Notes: generated by a model not told the origin, from the letters alone. A DNA stretch of 64,000 bases from Hydrolagus affinis (GCA_012026655.1 JAAILG010000350.1:1-64000), one strand, 5' to 3'. Positions 12,266-25,976 are shown, numbered from the stretch's first letter. Numbers and translations are program-made.

Positions 12266-13929
12266 CCAGCCCAGTGTGTGTGTGGCCAGGCAGCGGGAAA
12301 CGAGCAAGCCCAGCAACATAGAGTGGAAGAGGCAGCTGGCCCGAGATGCTCATTCAGCGCTTTAGCAAATCAATGCCACTTGAAGAGTACAATGCGAGCC
12401 CTCACTGGGTAGACGTCAGGGGACCAAGAAAATGCATTCTCAAGTATTTCACATTAAGAGGGAATAATGTGTTAATTTATAACTCTTCACCCTATACACT
12501 TGGATTATCCATCTGTGTCAGCGATTTGACTTCGTAAATTTATCAAAAGCACGGAGAAGGGAAGGCGTCCTCCACTCAAGAACTAGGGAATGGTACTTAA
12601 AAAAAAAAGTCCATTTTTTTTTTGCTCCTTCAGCTCTACTACGTGGGTCGCAGTACTCAAGGGAGCCCTCCTCGCACTGCGGCAGATTGCACCAGGTACC
12701 ATCATTCAAAAGTGACAGGAAGGGGAAGTTAACATCAGCAGCCAAGATTGCTAACAATTAGAATTTACTTTAAGAAAGTTTAGCAGAGCTCTTGTGTAGA
12801 TCTGCAGATAGACACTTATACACACACCGAGACACACTCTAACCCACAAAGATCAGAAGATGATCAGCTGGCAGAAGACTGTAATGAAATAACCCCACAA
12901 GGATTCTAAGGCAGCGCACGCAGACAGGAAAACTAACTTTGAAAAAGCTTAGTTGAGAGGGTCATTTAAGTGTGTGAGTGGGAAAAAAAATCCCATCAAC
13001 TGGCTGGTTCCCCAAAGCCATTTAATTTTTTTTTGCTCTTTAACACTTTGAGGAACCCACTCCCAAAACCTTAACAGGCTGCAGTTTTGGTGCCAGTTAA
13101 ACTGAATGTCATAATTTGCAGTGAATCAATTTTAACACATGTCAAATGAAAAAGTACAAGCTGGACATTTGGACACATGACAAGGTTTGTCATTAGGGTA
13201 CAAGAGGATAACATTGCACTGGCTCCAAGTTTTTTCTGTTCACCCTCTTCAGTACGTGCTGCGTAATTCTCTTCACACACCCCAACAACTCGGAATTGAT
13301 GCTAATTCTCTGTCGGGCTGGTAAGGAATAAAATAATACATCACTTTTTTCACATCAGAACTTCACTTCATTCTCAAATCACTTGACTAAGTGAAGTTAC
13401 TTTTGAGTGCAATGACTTCTCTTCTCTGGGAGGGGGGACATGGTCATAGTGGAGCTGTGGGAATGGTTGAAGTTCTCGAGATTTTGTTTATCTACATTGG
13501 GGATGAGCAAGCATCTACAAGGAAGTTTTACAGGAATGAGTAGGACGGAATCCACAACAGGGTAACATTTACACACAAAGGAGCGAGTTGGATTAAATGA
13601 AGGGTGGGATATTGGGTGGATTATAATCAGGACAAATTGGGTACAAAAGTTATTGCATGCAATGGCTCCTCACTACTATCTTGATGGAGGAGCAGGAGAA
13701 AGTGGTGGCTCGAGTTTCTGTTACAAATTTGCAGACTTATTTTAAAATAAAAAGTAGTCTGATGAAAACAAAACCAATTTTTCCCGACTTGATACTGTAG
13801 TACGTTTGTGCAGGTCTTAAAGCACTCAGCCGCCCCCCCGCCAATATAATTCCTCCACCAAACAGAATATTTTCTTCATTCCAGAAGGTGTTTTTATTTT
13901 TGTATCATTAGCCAGACCATCGAAGTACA

Positions 13930-14033
13930 GTTCTGACATAGCGTCGTGGACCCAATACATTGACTCACTTTTTCTTTCTCCATAGATGTTGCCTGACCTG
14001 CTGAGTGTTCCCAGCCATTTCTGTTTTTGTTTA
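13930..14033 (+). mobile_element. ~100-bp Penelope-like terminal-repeat element
   Basis: GATGTTGCCTGACCTGCTGAGTGTTCCCAGC core. Flanking direct repeat ATCGA(A/G)GTACAGTTC at 13919-13933 and 14034-14048. Second copy at 50827. Confidence 0.75.
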
Positions 14034-14259
14034 ATCGAGGTACAGTTCCTTGCTCGCCCTCCGAGACTCCACCTCAGTGATCACTAGTCAATGTGTTGGA
14101 CGACAGTAGGTGGTGACAGGTTGTGTGATTGGGAAGGTGGGACCAGTTGCTACAAAACTAGTCACTGTAGTTTACACTAAATCCTGTCAAGCACTTGAGT
14201 GCTCCTCCCAAAGTGAAAGGCACTAAATCAAATGCAAGGATTATTAGACACGCACCAGG

Positions 14260-14660
14260 TTTAGTCATTGGCACATGTTCCTGAGCCAGGGTTGTGGGTT
14301 CATGCTCCACTTAAACTCTCAGTTTAAAGTCACTCCATTTCAGTGGTGTGAGTATGTTGCATTATAGGAAGTTATTAATCATCCGAAAACTTGACTACCT
14401 GTTCAGGTGGATGTTAAAGATCCGATGCCATTGTTCAAAAAAGGGGAGTTTCTCCTGGAGGCTCTGGCCTAGAATCCTCCAAATAAAATTGGTCATTCAC
14501 TTCATGGTTGTTTGTGGGCTATTGCTATGCACAAAGCTGTCGCTGTGTTTGTCTACAAACAGATAATCACAACAATTCACAATTTAAAAATTCTGTGAAG
14601 CTCTTTGAGATGTCTCAATGACTTGGTAAGGCACTATATCAAATGTAAGGATTTAAAAAA
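14260..14660 (+). mobile_element. Older Deu-type SINE (SacSINE1/AmnSINE-like)
   Basis: GTTCAGGTGGATGTTAAAGATCC...GGGAGTTTCTCCTGG body, plus central block and tail. Confidence 0.65.
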
Positions 14661-14717
14661 ATTATTTCCCCCTCCGTAACCGATGACAATGAGACCAGTT
14701 GTAGTTGATGTCCTGAC

Positions 14718-14817
14718 NNNNNNNNNNNNNNNNNNNNNNNNNNNNNNNNNNNNNNNNNNNNNNNNNNNNNNNNNNNNNNNNNNNNNNNNNNNNNNNNNNN
14801 NNNNNNNNNNNNNNNNN
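14718..14817. other. Assembly gap
   Basis: Run of N. Confidence 1.
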
Positions 14818-14819
14818 AG

Positions 14820-15020
14820 GAGTTGCCAATGGGTCCATCGAAGAGAAGAGTCTTGAGGCGAGACTTGAAGGAGGCCAGGGAGGGGGTGAGGCAGAGGGAC
14901 TGCGGGAGATTGGGGGCAGAGTGGCTAAAGGCTTGCCCACCAATGGTGGGGCGGGTGGATCAGGGGATGTGGAGCAGGCCTTTGCTGAGTGGAGGGGTAG
15001 GCAGGTTGTTAAGGGGATAG
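14820..15020 (-). mobile_element. L2 3' fragment
   Basis: Similar to 2820-3030. Confidence 0.85.
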
Positions 15021-15081
15021 GAAACATGCAAAGCCATCACGAGAGCCCACCCTGATGTTTGCTGACACAACCTCCACTGCT

Positions 15082-15143
15082 CTCCAAGACAAGGCAAGAC
15101 TCCAAGACAAGGCAAGACTCCAAGACAAGGCAAGACTCCAAGA
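15082..15143. repeat. Minisatellite, 18-bp unit CTCCAAGACAAGGCAAGA, ~3.4 copies
   Basis: Perfect tandem copies. Confidence 0.95.
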
Positions 15144-16024
15144 AATTGAGGAGTTGATCGAATTTTGTTTCTGCTGGTCATTATAGCCAAACATCTTTTT
15201 ATCTCATCCACTAACAACAACAGGAATTCAGGCTATAATTGTCTTTTAAAAAAAACTATTATAAATTCCTGCCACTTCATGTGCTACACAGGTCATCAAT
15301 TGTAGGACTTTGGGCACCAACAGTGTAAGATTTGCCAGACATGCACACCCATCTGCGTGCCAACTGGCTACAGGTCAGTCTATCAAATCCAAAAATGAGT
15401 CAAATTCTACTTTGCATACTTATATACAAATTAAAAATTGATACGTACCATCAGTAACGTGCCCCATTCAATTTGTGTAAGTTTAACAAACAGATTTGAA
15501 TATTAATTTCTGCTATAACTGTCCAACCTCTAGGCATATTCATACATCTCACATGAGCTTGTGCATATTATTGCTATTTTCTTACAAAGAATTATTCATT
15601 ATATTTGAAGGTACAAATTGCAACCCATGTTAATTGACAAAAAATTAGCTCTCGGGTTTACAGTTTTCCGAAATATTTTGAGAACGTACTAGAGTAAAGT
15701 TCCCCAAATTAAAGTTTTCTTTTCATGAATGTCTCCAGAACATTGTCATCAAAGGCATTCTATGTTGGTTGATGCATCAATCCCTCTGCCTTGCCCTCCC
15801 CTTGCCTGTCTTCAGATCGCATTTGAAGATCTTTCTCTTTATGGCAGTGCCTAGGGTCACCTCCTCTCACCAGGCATGGCATTGAGCTCTGCCATTGCTA
15901 AGCGCTCCGAGTTGCTAACTCCAATGAAAGGTGCTACATAAATGCAAATTGTTGTTACTGTGTATACAGTAAGCCTTTTTGGGGGGCTGGGGATGCAGTG
16001 TTCAAAAATTTAATGTTTTATGTA

Positions 16025-16340
16025 TGAGCTCCTGTAGCTCAGTGGTTAGAGCACTCACTTTACAAGCGTTAGACCTCTGTTCGAATCCAGGCAGATCAGG
16101 GCGAAATCTAGGGCAAGTTTCCTTACTTTACATGCCTAATAATAATCCGTTATTAAACACCTTAATAATAAAAATTGGTCATTTCAATCTACTACTGTTT
16201 GTGGGACTCTGTTGTGCGCAATTGACTGCCGCGTTTTGCCCACAAATATACATACAATTCACTTTACAGTCTATACTGTGAAACGCTTTGAGACGTCGAT
16301 AAGATGTGAAAAGCACTATATTAAATATAAGGATTATTAT
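16025..16340 (+). mobile_element. tRNA-derived SINE
   Basis: Full-length copy. Confidence 0.9.
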
Positions 16341-16983
16341 ACTGTAGTATTAAACAATGGTGAGTTATAACTTGTTTCAATAGATAAGTATCTATTATTT
16401 ATTGCTTTTTTTAAAAAATGTATATATAAGCAGGTCTTCCCTCTGGGATAAAAATCTTCCCCACCGTGGAACTGGGAGTTACAGTACAATGGTATCAATC
16501 AAGAAACACAACTGTAATCAGATAATAAAAATGTAATACTGATAATATACACACAAGCAAAACGTGATAATAGGCATATTACCATAAACAATAAAAATAC
16601 TAATGTTACATAAAAATTAACCAGTTCCCTCATTAAGATGCAGTAATGAAGAGTCTATCAGTTTGGCCCTAATGAGAATCCCAGCTTCAATCACTGGTGC
16701 AGATCCCCGTCTTCAGTAATGACCAAAGATGCCTTCTTATTTCTTACAGAGAGAGAGAGAGAGAAAAATACCTCATCAAGCCTCAGTCTCAACCCAGCCC
16801 ACAACTTACTGTTCCTGTTTGTCCGAGCCCCGGTTAAATTAGCCCGTTTTTCCCAAAGGAAACCATTCTTATCAATGCCTACTACGTCAGTATAGTTAAT
16901 CCTCTTCTATGACACTTAAGGGGTTAAAATGCTGCAGTACATTTGTGACTTGTCAGTGACATATAATACCCTAGGTCCTTCAT

Positions 16984-17155
16984 NNNNNNNNNNNNNNNNN
17001 NNNNNNNNNNNNNNNNNNNNNNNNNNNNNNNNNNNNNNNNNNNNNNNNNNNNNNNNNNNNNNNNNNNNNNNNNNNNNNNNNNNNNNNNNNNNNNNNNNNN
17101 NNNNNNNNNNNNNNNNNNNNNNNNNNNNNNNNNNNNNNNNNNNNNNNNNNNNNNN
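16984..17155. other. Assembly gap
   Basis: Run of N. Confidence 1.
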
Positions 17156-18430
17156 AGAGTAGAGCTCTTGGCCATCACCGCTGTCCCTCGCTCACTCTAA
17201 TGAGTGCAGATGAATTAGTGCTACGTGACACGATTTTAGCAGCGCTCCCTCCCCCCTCTCCCTCCCCCAACCACCACCACCCCAGACAACCCTTTCCTCT
17301 ATACTGACAGGCATCTGGCAGGGGGGGAAAAAAACACACCAAAGCAACAGTGGCAAATAGGCCTGAATAGATTATCCTGCAGACTAATTTTGAAGACATT
17401 TTTAAAATGTTGATATCAACTGGGCTGTGTCCCTCTGTGAGACGGTTTCCAAACAGGATTTCACATCAGAATATGCCAATGCTAACAGGAACCAATTCAA
17501 CTAATACTGTGATTTTATTCAGAATTTCTCAGTCAATGTCCTTTTCACTGTCATTCGCTGATTCCACTCAATACCTCAGAGTATGAATACTTTATCTTTG
17601 CCAATTCTTCCTCAATAATCCTAGTTCCCTTCTAATACAATAACCCCCCCCACCACTCACCAATAGTTTACAGTTTTAGAAACCTGAAAAAACGGCTTAT
17701 ATTTCAAACCAACAGTTATTCTCAAAACTTGGCAGAATCTTAAATTTTAAGGCTAAAAGTATGGGAGATTTCAGACCTCGAGTTTGGGAACCCTGCCTGA
17801 TTTTATGTTTCCCTCCTCACCCAGTGCATTAAACACAAATGCAGAGCCAAAGTGCATCTCGGGGCAAGATCCAAGCTCTGAACCTGGGCCCAGATCAGCG
17901 TGTGTGGCTCTGCCACTAACTGAATAAACTCACCGAACCAAAGGTATTTTTTTTTTAAAAAGTTGGCTATGTATAAAAATCTTGTGAATGGATAGCTATC
18001 ATGGTGTTTTGTCACCCAGATCAATCAATTGTTTAAACCTCAAACTAAAGTGTGTCACAGAATGAGAATGTGTTCAGATTGTTTCAAGTATAGTACTGAG
18101 GTTTAGTGGCATTTCAGTAGGTGAGCCTGCTGGCTGGATTCTCAGCAGACTGTTACTGGGGAAAAAGTTAAACCTTGAAAAATGTGACACCAACAAAAAA
18201 CTGCAAAACCTCAATAAGAGTTACAGAATGTGGACTGATGTTTAACAATTTTGCAATCCAACAGTAAAACTTCCAGATAAGGACTTCTGTGCTGCTTTTT
18301 TTTCCCCCCAGTTTATCAACACCGCAAATGCTAAAAGCACATGACAAGCTGATGAAAATCATGTGTAAACTCAATATTGACAGTTACCAGTTTCCCGAGA
18401 TTTGATGTGGATTATTCTGAAAACAGTATA

Positions 18431-18797
18431 GTGGAGTCTTAGAGTTCAGTGGTTACAGCACTCACCTTGCAAGTGACAGGACCTGGATATGATTCCTGGG
18501 CAGGGCGAAATGTTGGGCAAGTTTCCTTACCCCACACACCTCTGTTTACCAAGCAGTATATAGGAACCTGGTTGTTAGTCGATTGGTGGATCACTTTCCG
18601 TGGTTAATAATCACTTTTTAAAAAAAAAACTAATTTAATCACTTAAGACTGATCATGGGTCACTGCTCTTTGCAATTGGCTGCCGCTTTTCACTCACAAA
18701 TCATACAGTCAATTCACTTTATAGTGTATTTTGTGATGTGGTTTGAGATGTCTTGAAGACATAAGGCACTAAATCAAATGAAAGGATTATTATTGTA
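18431..18797 (+). mobile_element. tRNA-derived SINE, long form with an extra internal block
   Basis: Family head and tail plus a ~65-bp segment at 18541-18605 not seen in the other copies. Confidence 0.85.
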
Positions 18798-19329
18798 TAA
18801 TAAATAATAGTAATATCCAAACAATAGATCACGTCACACTATCAATGATCACCTTTCTCATATTCACCCTCTCCCCAAAAATGACAAATGCCTCAATCTG
18901 CCGCTAACTTTTTCAGCCTCTAAAGGCATCCCTTTAGAGCCTCTGGCAGAATAGCATTGGTATAAGACTAGATAGAAGTATCACTGACATCCACCTGGCA
19001 GTGCATTGGCATTGGAGCTAAAGAAAAAAATTGCAGCTCCCAAAATCTTAACAATAAATCTCAATAACATTCTGTGAAGCACTTTTGAGATGACGCAATA
19101 ATGTGCTATATCAAATGCAAGGCTTATATTAGAATAATAATTCTTGGAATTAGCAGAGCGCCTTATCATATCATTGAAATATCTCAAAGTAGTTCACAAG
19201 ATCGTGCATGCATCAAGTTTTCATCAAAATATATTGATGTAGGAGGATCTCTCAAAGTGCTTCAAAGTGTTATTAGTTATTCATCAATTTTGATTATATT
19301 AACTTTATATGAAGCAGTTTATAATAATA

Positions 19330-19880
19330 ATAATGCTCACAGCAATGTCCCACAAACAGCTGTGTATGTTTGGCCAATTGTCTGGGGGATCAGTGGGCAG
19401 GACACCGGGAGAAACTCCCTTCTCTTTTCAAATAGTCTCCACAAATAGTGTCATGGGCTCATGCCAGCCTGCACCTAATAGTCTCCAGAACCTTATTGCC
19501 ATGGTATGTCCCTCTGGGGAGAGGACACACATTCCATTCCAGGGAACTTTCCACGTATAAATATTTTTTTATATATATATACACACACACACATACAGTA
19601 TATATGATACTTGTCTGGTTTGGATATGTTTAAGCATGGTGATGGGTTTCTACATTTGTCAGAAATAATCCTGGGAACTTTAATCTAAATAGGCAGACAA
19701 AATCTCAGTTTAACTTTTCATCCGAAGGATAGTGTATCTGACAATGCAGCATCCCCAACACTATTACTGGAGTGTAGACTGAAACCGTGAACTCCCACAA
19801 CCCACAATCTTCTGCTGAACTGCTGAAAGTGCTACCAACTAAATCAGAGGTGAGTGTGCTGCCAACTGAGCCAGGCATTT
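19330..19880 (-). mobile_element. Older Deu-type SINE
   Basis: Ends AGTGCTACCAACT...ACTGAGCC (reverse tRNA head); body like 14260-14660. Confidence 0.6.
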
Positions 19881-22800
19881 GTGGGCCTTATATTTAATCC
19901 TGCTAACAAAATCACAAACTGGGTCTGAAGACAGGAAAGACATTCAACCATTTGGAGTCTGCCTGCAGGATTAGAAGAGCAGCTAAAAATTCTACATCTG
20001 CAAAATTAACAGCATTTGAAATTGTATCCGTCATTGGAAAGATAGCTCCCCAATTCCCGATTGGGAGGTTTCTAAAAGCAGCAAGTCGCAGCTGTGTTGA
20101 CATTAAACTTGTGGAACGCGACGTGTCAGCGTAGGTTTGACACAAACAGTTACAGATGGCCCTTTGTGCTGTGGCTGAGTGCCGAAAATTTGCTGCATTG
20201 AAGGGAAAAAAAATGGGAGGAGCGGTGGTGGAGGGGGATGGAAGGAGGGTGAGATGTAAATAAAAGCCACCCTGATTTAGCTGTTAAAAGGCAAACAGTT
20301 AATGGAGTGTCAATTCTGCACACCATACCCTGGCGATGACTGTCATATGCTACAGGCTGCAGGAAGCATTTTGACTATGTCAACTGCTTAAGGCACTAAC
20401 AAGGGAAGGAATGATGGTAATGTCCCCTGATTACTGGCTGACAGGAGGGGTGGTGACATCCAGCCTCATGAACTATTAAACTAGGAATAGCATTAACACC
20501 TCGCATTCAGAGAGAGCAGCTCAAGCCAGAACAGCTTTTCAGTTCCCTGACATGGCAAGCCAGGGTACACAGTTGCACGCACAATTTTATTGTGCCTCGA
20601 CTTTATAGCCGCAGTTCTATGCTTTGAGATGGCTGAACAGTGCTGGGTGTACCAGGTCCCGCAATACGAGGGGATGGGAAAATTTGTCATCCACTTGCTG
20701 CTAAAGGGACAGTGGCAGAGGTGTCTCTCTCCACTGAAGAGCCACTAGCTACTTTGCCACACTTGAAACAGATCACGTTAATGTCCAAACAAGCCTCTGG
20801 TCCTAGCCTGTGAGATCATTTTCTCTTCAACTTTAAGATCATACAGAATTATGAAAAATCTTTCAATTCAAGTCTCAAGGTAAAAGCTGGTTCTTTGTAA
20901 GAACCGTGGAAATTGGCAGCTAAATTTAAGGATTTCTCACAATTTTGATCATCTTAAATTTTAAGATAAAGTCACCCTATGGGCTTATCTGCAGTAGAAT
21001 TTGGGTGTTTTAATCTGATGCCATACAGAATAAAAGTCCCATGTTACACAACTCGAACGCTGAGGATGTAACCTGGATAAAAATGTTATAATAACACGAG
21101 CATGGGGGAAAATTATTTGATTTTCTCTCTTTAACAGTCAGTTTGTTTCCCTTATGTTATTCTTCAAATTATTTCCTGAAAATTAGTTTTTAATTAAATT
21201 GATTTTTTTTAAAAATACTGAAGTTTTTATTGTCTGAATGGGATGGATCCAACCATAATGAAAAATATTTTTTAACAACTTGTTCAACAAAGTTTGCAGA
21301 GAGGTGAGAAGCTGCTTCTCAAACTCTGCACCTCCGTTGGTGAAAGGGATGTGTGTCCGAGCTGCGGACAGGAAAACAGTGGCAAAGCTCTCCCGCATTT
21401 CAAGCTGAGCTGTGTTGCCCACTAGGAAGCTTGCAGGAATTCCTGGTACCTACCGTCCACTTAGTGAGGGCTCAAACCTGCACTTGTCAAACAACCAACT
21501 GGTGACCATCCTCCTGGGGAAGGTGGAAAGGAGGCGAGAAATAAAACAATAAATTGGTAAATTCACTCCATGACTGTTTGTGGGACACTGATTGGCTGTC
21601 GCATTTTGCCCACAAATATATGATCAATTCACTTTACAGTATATTCCGTGAAGCACTTAATGACATCAAGAAGACAACAACAACAACTAAATTTGATTTA
21701 TAGAGTGCGTTTCACGTCAGAAGGACGTCCCAAGGTGTGAAAAATGTGATATCAAATGCAAGGATCATTAATATTAAACAGAGTTAACTGATATGTGGGG
21801 AGTAAAACTACAATTACTATAAAAACACTCATTATTTATTATTAAGTAGAGTCTCCTTGGAGCTGAACTATGTTTGGCAACGGAATGTCAGAATCAAGCC
21901 CACCGTCAGTAGCAGTGTTGGTGGCGCAGTTCCTGGTCAGGCAGGTTTGCAATATAATGCAGCACTCCCTTGAACTGCATTCAAACATCAACCTAGACTG
22001 TTAGCTCAAAGTCCTTACTTACAATGTCAGGTCTGAACCCACAACTTCTAACTCACAGGCAGAAGTACTATCAACTGAACCAGGCTGACACCGCTTAGCA
22101 ATACAAACACAAGGGTCCAGTAAATCCACATCCTCCCCCCACCCCACCCACACACACACAGGAAACTCACAAGGGAAAGTGTATGGTCCCACGAGTATAT
22201 TGTTAGATGGAGCAACAGCATTATCATCATCTGATTATTATTATCATGACTGGCTTAAACAATATTGAAAGTTCCAAGCTTGCCATGACCTGGATACCTT
22301 GTTTTAAATTTGCATGAGGCCAGTTTCAAAAGTTAATGAGAACAAAAGCAACACACGGCACTTGGCTCATTCTGCTGTTAAGAAACAAAACGGCTTGTGT
22401 GGCTGAGAGAACGCAGCTCCCTGAGCTGCCCTCGCTCTGCACACAGCTTATCCCCCGCGTCTGCTTCATTTAAAATGCACGAAGGTCCTCGTGTCGAACG
22501 CTCTGAGCTGGGAGCGGAGGCAACCTGTGCCCATGACTTGATGCTGGCTATTGCCAGCCTGGATCAGCACAGAGACTTTCAGAGCTGCCTGAGGGGAACA
22601 GCAAGGCAGAGTTAACCACAACAACGTACACTTTTATTTCACATGAGGAGCATGTCCCAAAAGGCTTTACACAGCTATATGAGAGTCCAACCTGGGGGAA
22701 TGGTGTGGGGAGAGAACGGAGGTCGAAAGTGTGGTCAAATACAATAATTAGAAACCATTCAAAACAATCAACCTTAAGTGCTGGGGCCCCAAGTTGTAAA

Positions 22801-23295
22801 TTGCAATTTCCATTTGTAAGTCTTTTGCTTTCTGGATTATGCATGAAAATCCTTAAGTGACAAAAACAAAAAGTCTATCACTTCGTACAATGGTTGTATT
22901 TTGATCAAAATGCTTTGGAAGAACTCCCCATGATTCCTGACAAGGCCCAATCAGTTTTCAGAACACACTTCTTGCCATTGTGTATAGAGAACTGAAAATC
23001 TCATGACCTTGTGTATATTTCAAATGTTCAATGTTTCGAAGGGGAATGAGAGAGAAGTATGAAGAACTACACATTTACACTTCAACCTAATTATACCTTA
23101 AGACCTTCTATAATTTTGGCCCAAGAATATCGCAAAATTATATGATTTATTTCTAAAATGTTACAAATGGAGATGTTCTGTAATTCAATGCTCCCCAGAT
23201 TCTGAATTGTTTATGATTACTGGATAATACTTGAATATGTCAGCCTAGTTAGGTAGGTAGTGCTCTTGCATCCGAAACAGACGATCAGGGAAATT

Positions 23296-23596
23296 GGGAG
23301 TCCTGTAGCTCAGTGGTTAGAGCACTCGCCTTACAAACATGTGACCTGAGTTTGAATCCAAGCAGATCAGGGCGAAATACTCCACACACCTAATAATAAT
23401 CCATAAAAAAAAAACAATAATAAATTGGTCATTTCAATCCACGACTGTTTGTGGGACACTGCTGTGCGCAATTGGCTGTCGCATTTCAGCCACAAATATA
23501 CAGTCAATTCACTTTACAGTACATTCTGTGAAGCACTTTGAGACGTCGATAAGATGTGAAAAGCGATACATCAAATACAGTGATTATTATTATTAC
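23296..23596 (+). mobile_element. tRNA-derived SINE, nested in an older SINE (~23240-23900)
   Basis: Full copy; the older element resumes after its tail. Confidence 0.9.
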
Positions 23597-24605
23597 TAAA
23601 TTAATAGCTGACAGTTCCAATGGGAGTCATGGGGAGAGCTGCATTGTTGGAGGTGCATTCCTTCGGATGAGATGTTAAGTGGACGTTAAAGATTGCATAA
23701 CATTATTGGAAAAGAGAAGGGAGTTTCTCCCATTGCCCTGGTCAACAATCGCCAAATCCAATTGGTCATACACTTCATATCTGTTTGTGTTTGCTTACAA
23801 AAATACAGTCAGAGTAAATATACTTCAGAGAAAATCCCGTTAAATGCTTTGAAACATCCTCCCGAAGTGGAAGCAACTATATCAAATGTAAGGATTATTA
23901 AACCATTAAAAAAGAGAGTTAACCCGAAAAAAGGTAAAACAGAAAAGCTTGTGGTGTGAGAGAAAAGAGCCAAGGTGTCATGGTGGTGCAAAGCCACAAA
24001 GTGTTGAGGAGCTGGGCTTCACCCCACACCTTGGTTTGCCACATCTTACCACTGCATCAAGTTCCTGAATCTGCTCCATTTACAAGAAGTTGAGCAGAGG
24101 CCACCAGAAGCAAGATGGTGGTGGTAGAGAAAAAGTTTCAAGAGCTGCTCTGCCATAGTCAGCTCCAGAGTTGTGTTCTCTAAGGTGGCGACATGCCAAC
24201 CTACCTTTCAATAGACCATGCAGGCTTAGTGCTGGGGGAAATAAAACATGTTTCAAAATACAAGAGAGCCAAGACGGTGAAAATTAATATAGTTGAACCG
24301 ATTTAGGTGGCCAAATGAGCAACTCAGCCCTGAAATAGCTACAAGGAGCCTTTGCACTACCTGTGCACAATTGGCAGCCTCGTTTCGTCCACAAAATACA
24401 ACAGTCACCACGCTTTACAGTATATTCTGTGAAGCACTTTGAGACAGCTCTAATACATGAAGACACTATATTAAATGCAAGTATTATTATTATTTCATTG
24501 AAAATCCCAAACTAAAATTATGCAGAGTGGAGATCTTGATGCTGTGATAGGAGTGCCGTCCTGATCAGTGGAGCACAGGACTAACATTGCAACAGGCTGA
24601 AGAGA

Positions 24606-24930
24606 AATAATAATAATCCTTGCATTTGATGTAGCGCTTTCACTTCTTCTAGACGTCTTACGGCGCGTCACAGAATATACTGTGAAGTGAATTGATAGTA
24701 TATTTGTGGACTAAACGCGGCAGCCAGTTGCGCACAGCAGTGCTCCACAAACAGTCGGATTGAAATGACCAATTTACAGTATAATTGTTTTATTTATTTT
24801 TTCCAAAAGGGATTATTATTAGGAGTGTGGAGTAAGGAAACTTGCCCAAGGTTTCGCCCTGCCTGGAATTGAACCCAGGTCTTTCGCTTGTAAGGCGAGT
24901 GCTCTAACCACTGAGCTACAGGACTCCACA
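24606..24930 (-). mobile_element. tRNA-derived SINE
   Basis: Full-length reverse copy. Confidence 0.92.
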
Positions 24931-25976
24931 GCTGAGAACAACAGGGACAGGCTGATCGCATGAACAGGCGGCTTCGCTCCTGGCCGAACCTTTGCCCAAC
25001 CGGACAGAATCTCTGCTTCCCCATGCTGTGTAAACCGGGTAATACTTTTCTATGCTATTTGTAGCATGAGATTTATCTTATGTTTTATATTAATGATGAC
25101 AACAACAACAAATTGCATTTATGAAGCTCCTTTCACGTTGGTAGGAAGTCCCCTAATGACAACAACACAATGCTCCTTCTTAATTACAACAAAAACATCT
25201 AAAGCAAGGAAAGTTCTTTCTTTCCCCCCGCTTTCTTTCCACGCGCTGCTTGCTCAGTTACATGACACCAGTTTGTTATCAATGTACAAAGTGTACAGCG
25301 CGTGTTTCCTTGAATCGCCCCAACTGTGTCACAATGACCTGAATGAATAAATTCCTCCTATCGCACACAGTCCTGACAATCTGGCCTCGGCTGTCACACA
25401 CACACACACACAAATCAGACACATCTTCACTCACCCAAACTGCCCAGTTACCAGATGTCTTACTCAGCAGCTAATTAGTCACTAAGGTTACTTCTTGGCT
25501 TCTAACCCTGACACTGGGGTGGGAGGCTCAGCCGATGTTCTGTTCAAAAGCTTCCTCTCTGAGCATTAATCAAGAGGCACATCGTAAAGCATGAACTGCT
25601 TCAAAACATGCCTACAGTACAGTCGGACGAGCTTAAAAAGGTTAATTGAACTACGGTGACCAACATTAATCTCATATTACTGTTCATTCAAACATAATAA
25701 TGATGGCGTTATTCCTTTAGCGTCCCCTAAAATAGTGAGTGGGAGTCAGAATATAATTTGTAGCAAGGACAGGCGCTCCTAATTAGCTTCAGCTCGAGTA
25801 ATCTGCATAAAGGTAACTTGCTGTAATAAGGTCTGCACAGTCTTAGCGAGGTGATTGCAGCACCAGCAAGAAAAACTGACCGACTCCCAGGTCTGGCTCT
25901 GTCCAGTAAATGAGCCTATGCACAGCATTTTAAGCGAAACTGTTGGAGGAACCTCTTGTGCAATTTGAGGGTGCAT

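Noticed and set aside
15082-15143. CRISPR-like array
   Set aside because: Head-to-tail units with no spacers, in a eukaryotic context.
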